This document shows positions 61,626-64,000 of a DNA stretch of 64,000 bases, piece by piece. A program made the position numbers and the translations under genes. The stretch is from assembly GCA_963920595.1 (NCBI GenBank), contig OY986949.1:4836001-4900000 (forward strand), written 5' to 3'. The notes under the pieces were generated by a model. It saw only the letters and a program-made list of their open reading frames with translations. It was not told the origin of the DNA and did not search any database. Source of the DNA: Eimeria praecox (Eukaryota). Position 1 is the first letter of the stretch. Every line of letters begins with the position of its first letter.

Positions 61626-62251
61626 ATGCAGTTGCATGCAGCTACAGCAATTGTTTAATTTTGCTTTTATTGTGGTGTACAGACACTTGAATAGACACAG
61701 AAAGGCAGATCAACTCAACACTACATAAACCCAATGTTAACGGCCGGGGGAGGGGGGGGCTGTCTGCGGTGTACAGACAGCTGATAAGGAAAAGAATGAG
61801 AGGATTCTAAGGCATGTTCTCGATAGAAACACAAGCCTGTAGCTCAGGGTTTAGGGTTTAGGGTTTAAGGAGTAGTTAGTTTAGCGCTTAAGGGCTAGGG
61901 TTTAGGGTTTAAGACTTAGGTTTGGGGTTTAGGGTTTAGGGTTTATAGCGTCCTTAGATGATCTGCTGTCTCTGCCTGTGCCTTCTTCAAATATCTGATA
62001 GCGCCAAGCAACAGCAGCAGCAGCAGCACCTGCCGCAGCAGCAGCAGCAGCAGTAGCACCAGCCGCAGCAGCAGCAGCAGCAGCAGCCGCAGCAGCAGCA
62101 GTAGCAGCAGCAGCAGGTGTCTATTACTCGCAGTATTTTGACGAGAATATTCAAAGATAAAAGAGAGAAAGCCGTGGGGCTGGCATTGCTGCAGGCATCA
62201 AACAAATATGAGACAAGTGCATGCGAGCTGTCTGTACACCCCAGCTATTCC

Positions 62252-62305
<54 letters not shown>

Positions 62306-63500
62306 CTCTTGCTTTAGTTTTATATACATTTTAATATTTAATTTTTTACTGACATGTAAACATCTTTGAGATGAAACAGCTTGTCTCCTACCTCCCTCTC
62401 TTAAGGTATCAATTAGCTAGCTAGCTAGCTATGGCTAGCTCCAGGTAGCTAGCTATGGCTAGCTCCAGCTAGCTAGCTGTGGCTAGCTGCAGCTAGCCAC
62501 AGACAGATGAAGAACTGCGATGTTTTGTGTCTCGGCCTCATAACTACAGCTAGCTCGCTGCAGCTAGCCACAGCTAGCTAGCCGCAGGTAGCCCAAGGTA
62601 GCTAGCTGCAGCTAGCTACAGCTAGCCACAGCTAGCTGCAGCTAGCTAGCTATTCTCCTTCAGCAGCCACTAGCTGTGTTCTTCATCAAGGATAGATCTG
62701 CAGCGAAGTAGACACTCAACATGCTGTTGCTGTTGCTGCTGCTGTTGCTGCTGTGTCTGTTGCATTTGCTGCTGCTGTGTCTGTTGCATTTGCTGCTGCT
62801 GTGTCTGTTGCATTTGCTGCAGCTGCTGCTGCTGGAGGATGTTTAATTGAGCAGCTGCAGGAGCCTCGTTATTTTACAATGTAGCTAATTCTAGTGTACG
62901 TACACCCCAAACTGTCTAACATATGCACATACACTGTATAAGGAAGAAGCAGCAACAGACACACTAAACCCTAAACCCTAGTATTTTATAAACCCTAGAG
63001 CAATTGCAGCATAGGAGCTGCGGAGACAGCAGAATAAACAACAATTAGAGACAAACAAACATCTTAAGAGAGAAGATAAACACTAAATATATAAACAAAC
63101 AAAGACAGCAAAAAACAAATACAACACATAATATAAAATGTATTATATTAAATTTATTTTATTGCTGCACTCAAAACACTAAAAGATACAGCAGACATAG
63201 AGACAGAAGAATAGAAAGGAGACAGACAGAGAAGGAGACAGAAAAACCGAAAAACAACAGACAGCGTAGACACAAACAAATAAAAGATGCGAATAAAATA
63301 ATAAAATAAAATAAATAAATAAATACAAAATACAAAATAATAATAATAAATAATAAATAAATAAACACAAAATAAACAAACATAACAAACAACTATACCA
63401 ACACCCCCCTCCCCCTCCTCTGTCTCTTTCTCTAGCAGAAGAAACAAAACAAGAGACAAACTAAAACACAAACAAACCAAACAATAAATAAAACTAAACG

Positions 63501-63677
63501 CATGCATGCATGCATGCATGCATGCATGCATGCATGCGTGATGAAGAGAGACGATACAGGACCCCACACAAATGTGAGACACACTCAACTAGACTCAGCA
63601 TTCAACAACTACAACCTAAGGACATACAGATTGTGCATGCATGCATGCATGCATGCATGCATGCATGCATGCATGCA
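63501..63677. repeat. Two (TGCA)n arrays (TGCATGCA motif) around a unique spacer of about 100 bp
   Basis: Arrays at about 63501-63536 and 63634-63677. A third array lies at about 56709-56735. Confidence 0.9.
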
Positions 63678-64000
63678 GGGGATGCTGGGGCTTGCATGCA
63701 TCCATGGAAAGAAAGTTTGTTTTCGTGTAAATGTTTTGCTATAATTAAATAAATTTTGTTTTGTATGACAGAAAAATAACTAAGGCTGAAGATACGGGAG
63801 CAGCAGCCCCACTTTGTATTTGTCTCTCAGCCCAACAAATAAATAAATATATAAATATATAAATATATAAATATATAAATAAACAAACAAACAAACAAAG
63901 AGAAGAGTAGAAAGAGAAAGAAACACAGAAAGAGACAGAAACAACAACAACAAAGATATCTAGATACTAACAAAAATAAAGAAAGACAGCATCAACTGTC

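Overview
Eukaryotic, intron-rich DNA with the repeat signature of a coccidian apicomplexan, most likely an Eimeria repeat-rich segment. It has pervasive (CAG/CTG)n, telomere-like (TTTAGGG)n inside introns, (TGCA)n, (TAGC)n, (TA)n and TGTCTC satellites. Splicing GT-AG exons by hand gives five in-frame gene models: a helical-repeat (RAP/HPR-like) hypothetical protein (-), RuvB-like 2/Reptin (+, 11 exons), condensin II subunit CAP-D3 (+, 14 exons), a Rieske plus FAD/NADH oxidoreductase of the AIFM3 type (-, 15 exons) and a very large Timeless/Tof1-like protein (-, about 18 exons). Most long ORFs in the supplied track are repeat artefacts. The most interesting unexplained structures are: (1) a dispersed near-palindrome TGAGGTGTAC..ACACCTCA with an identical 22-mer 0.4-0.5 kb upstream of two genes; (2) tandem copies of the Walker-A half-exon of RUVBL2 interleaved with telomere-like arrays, one a potential in-frame cassette exon; (3) introns that open with (CAG)n and close with (CTG)n-CAG and could fold end to end; (4) higher-order periodicity (718 and 246 bp) in a 3.4-kb intronic satellite. 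No database searches were run. Product calls rest on recalled family motifs, and exon coordinates were counted by hand.
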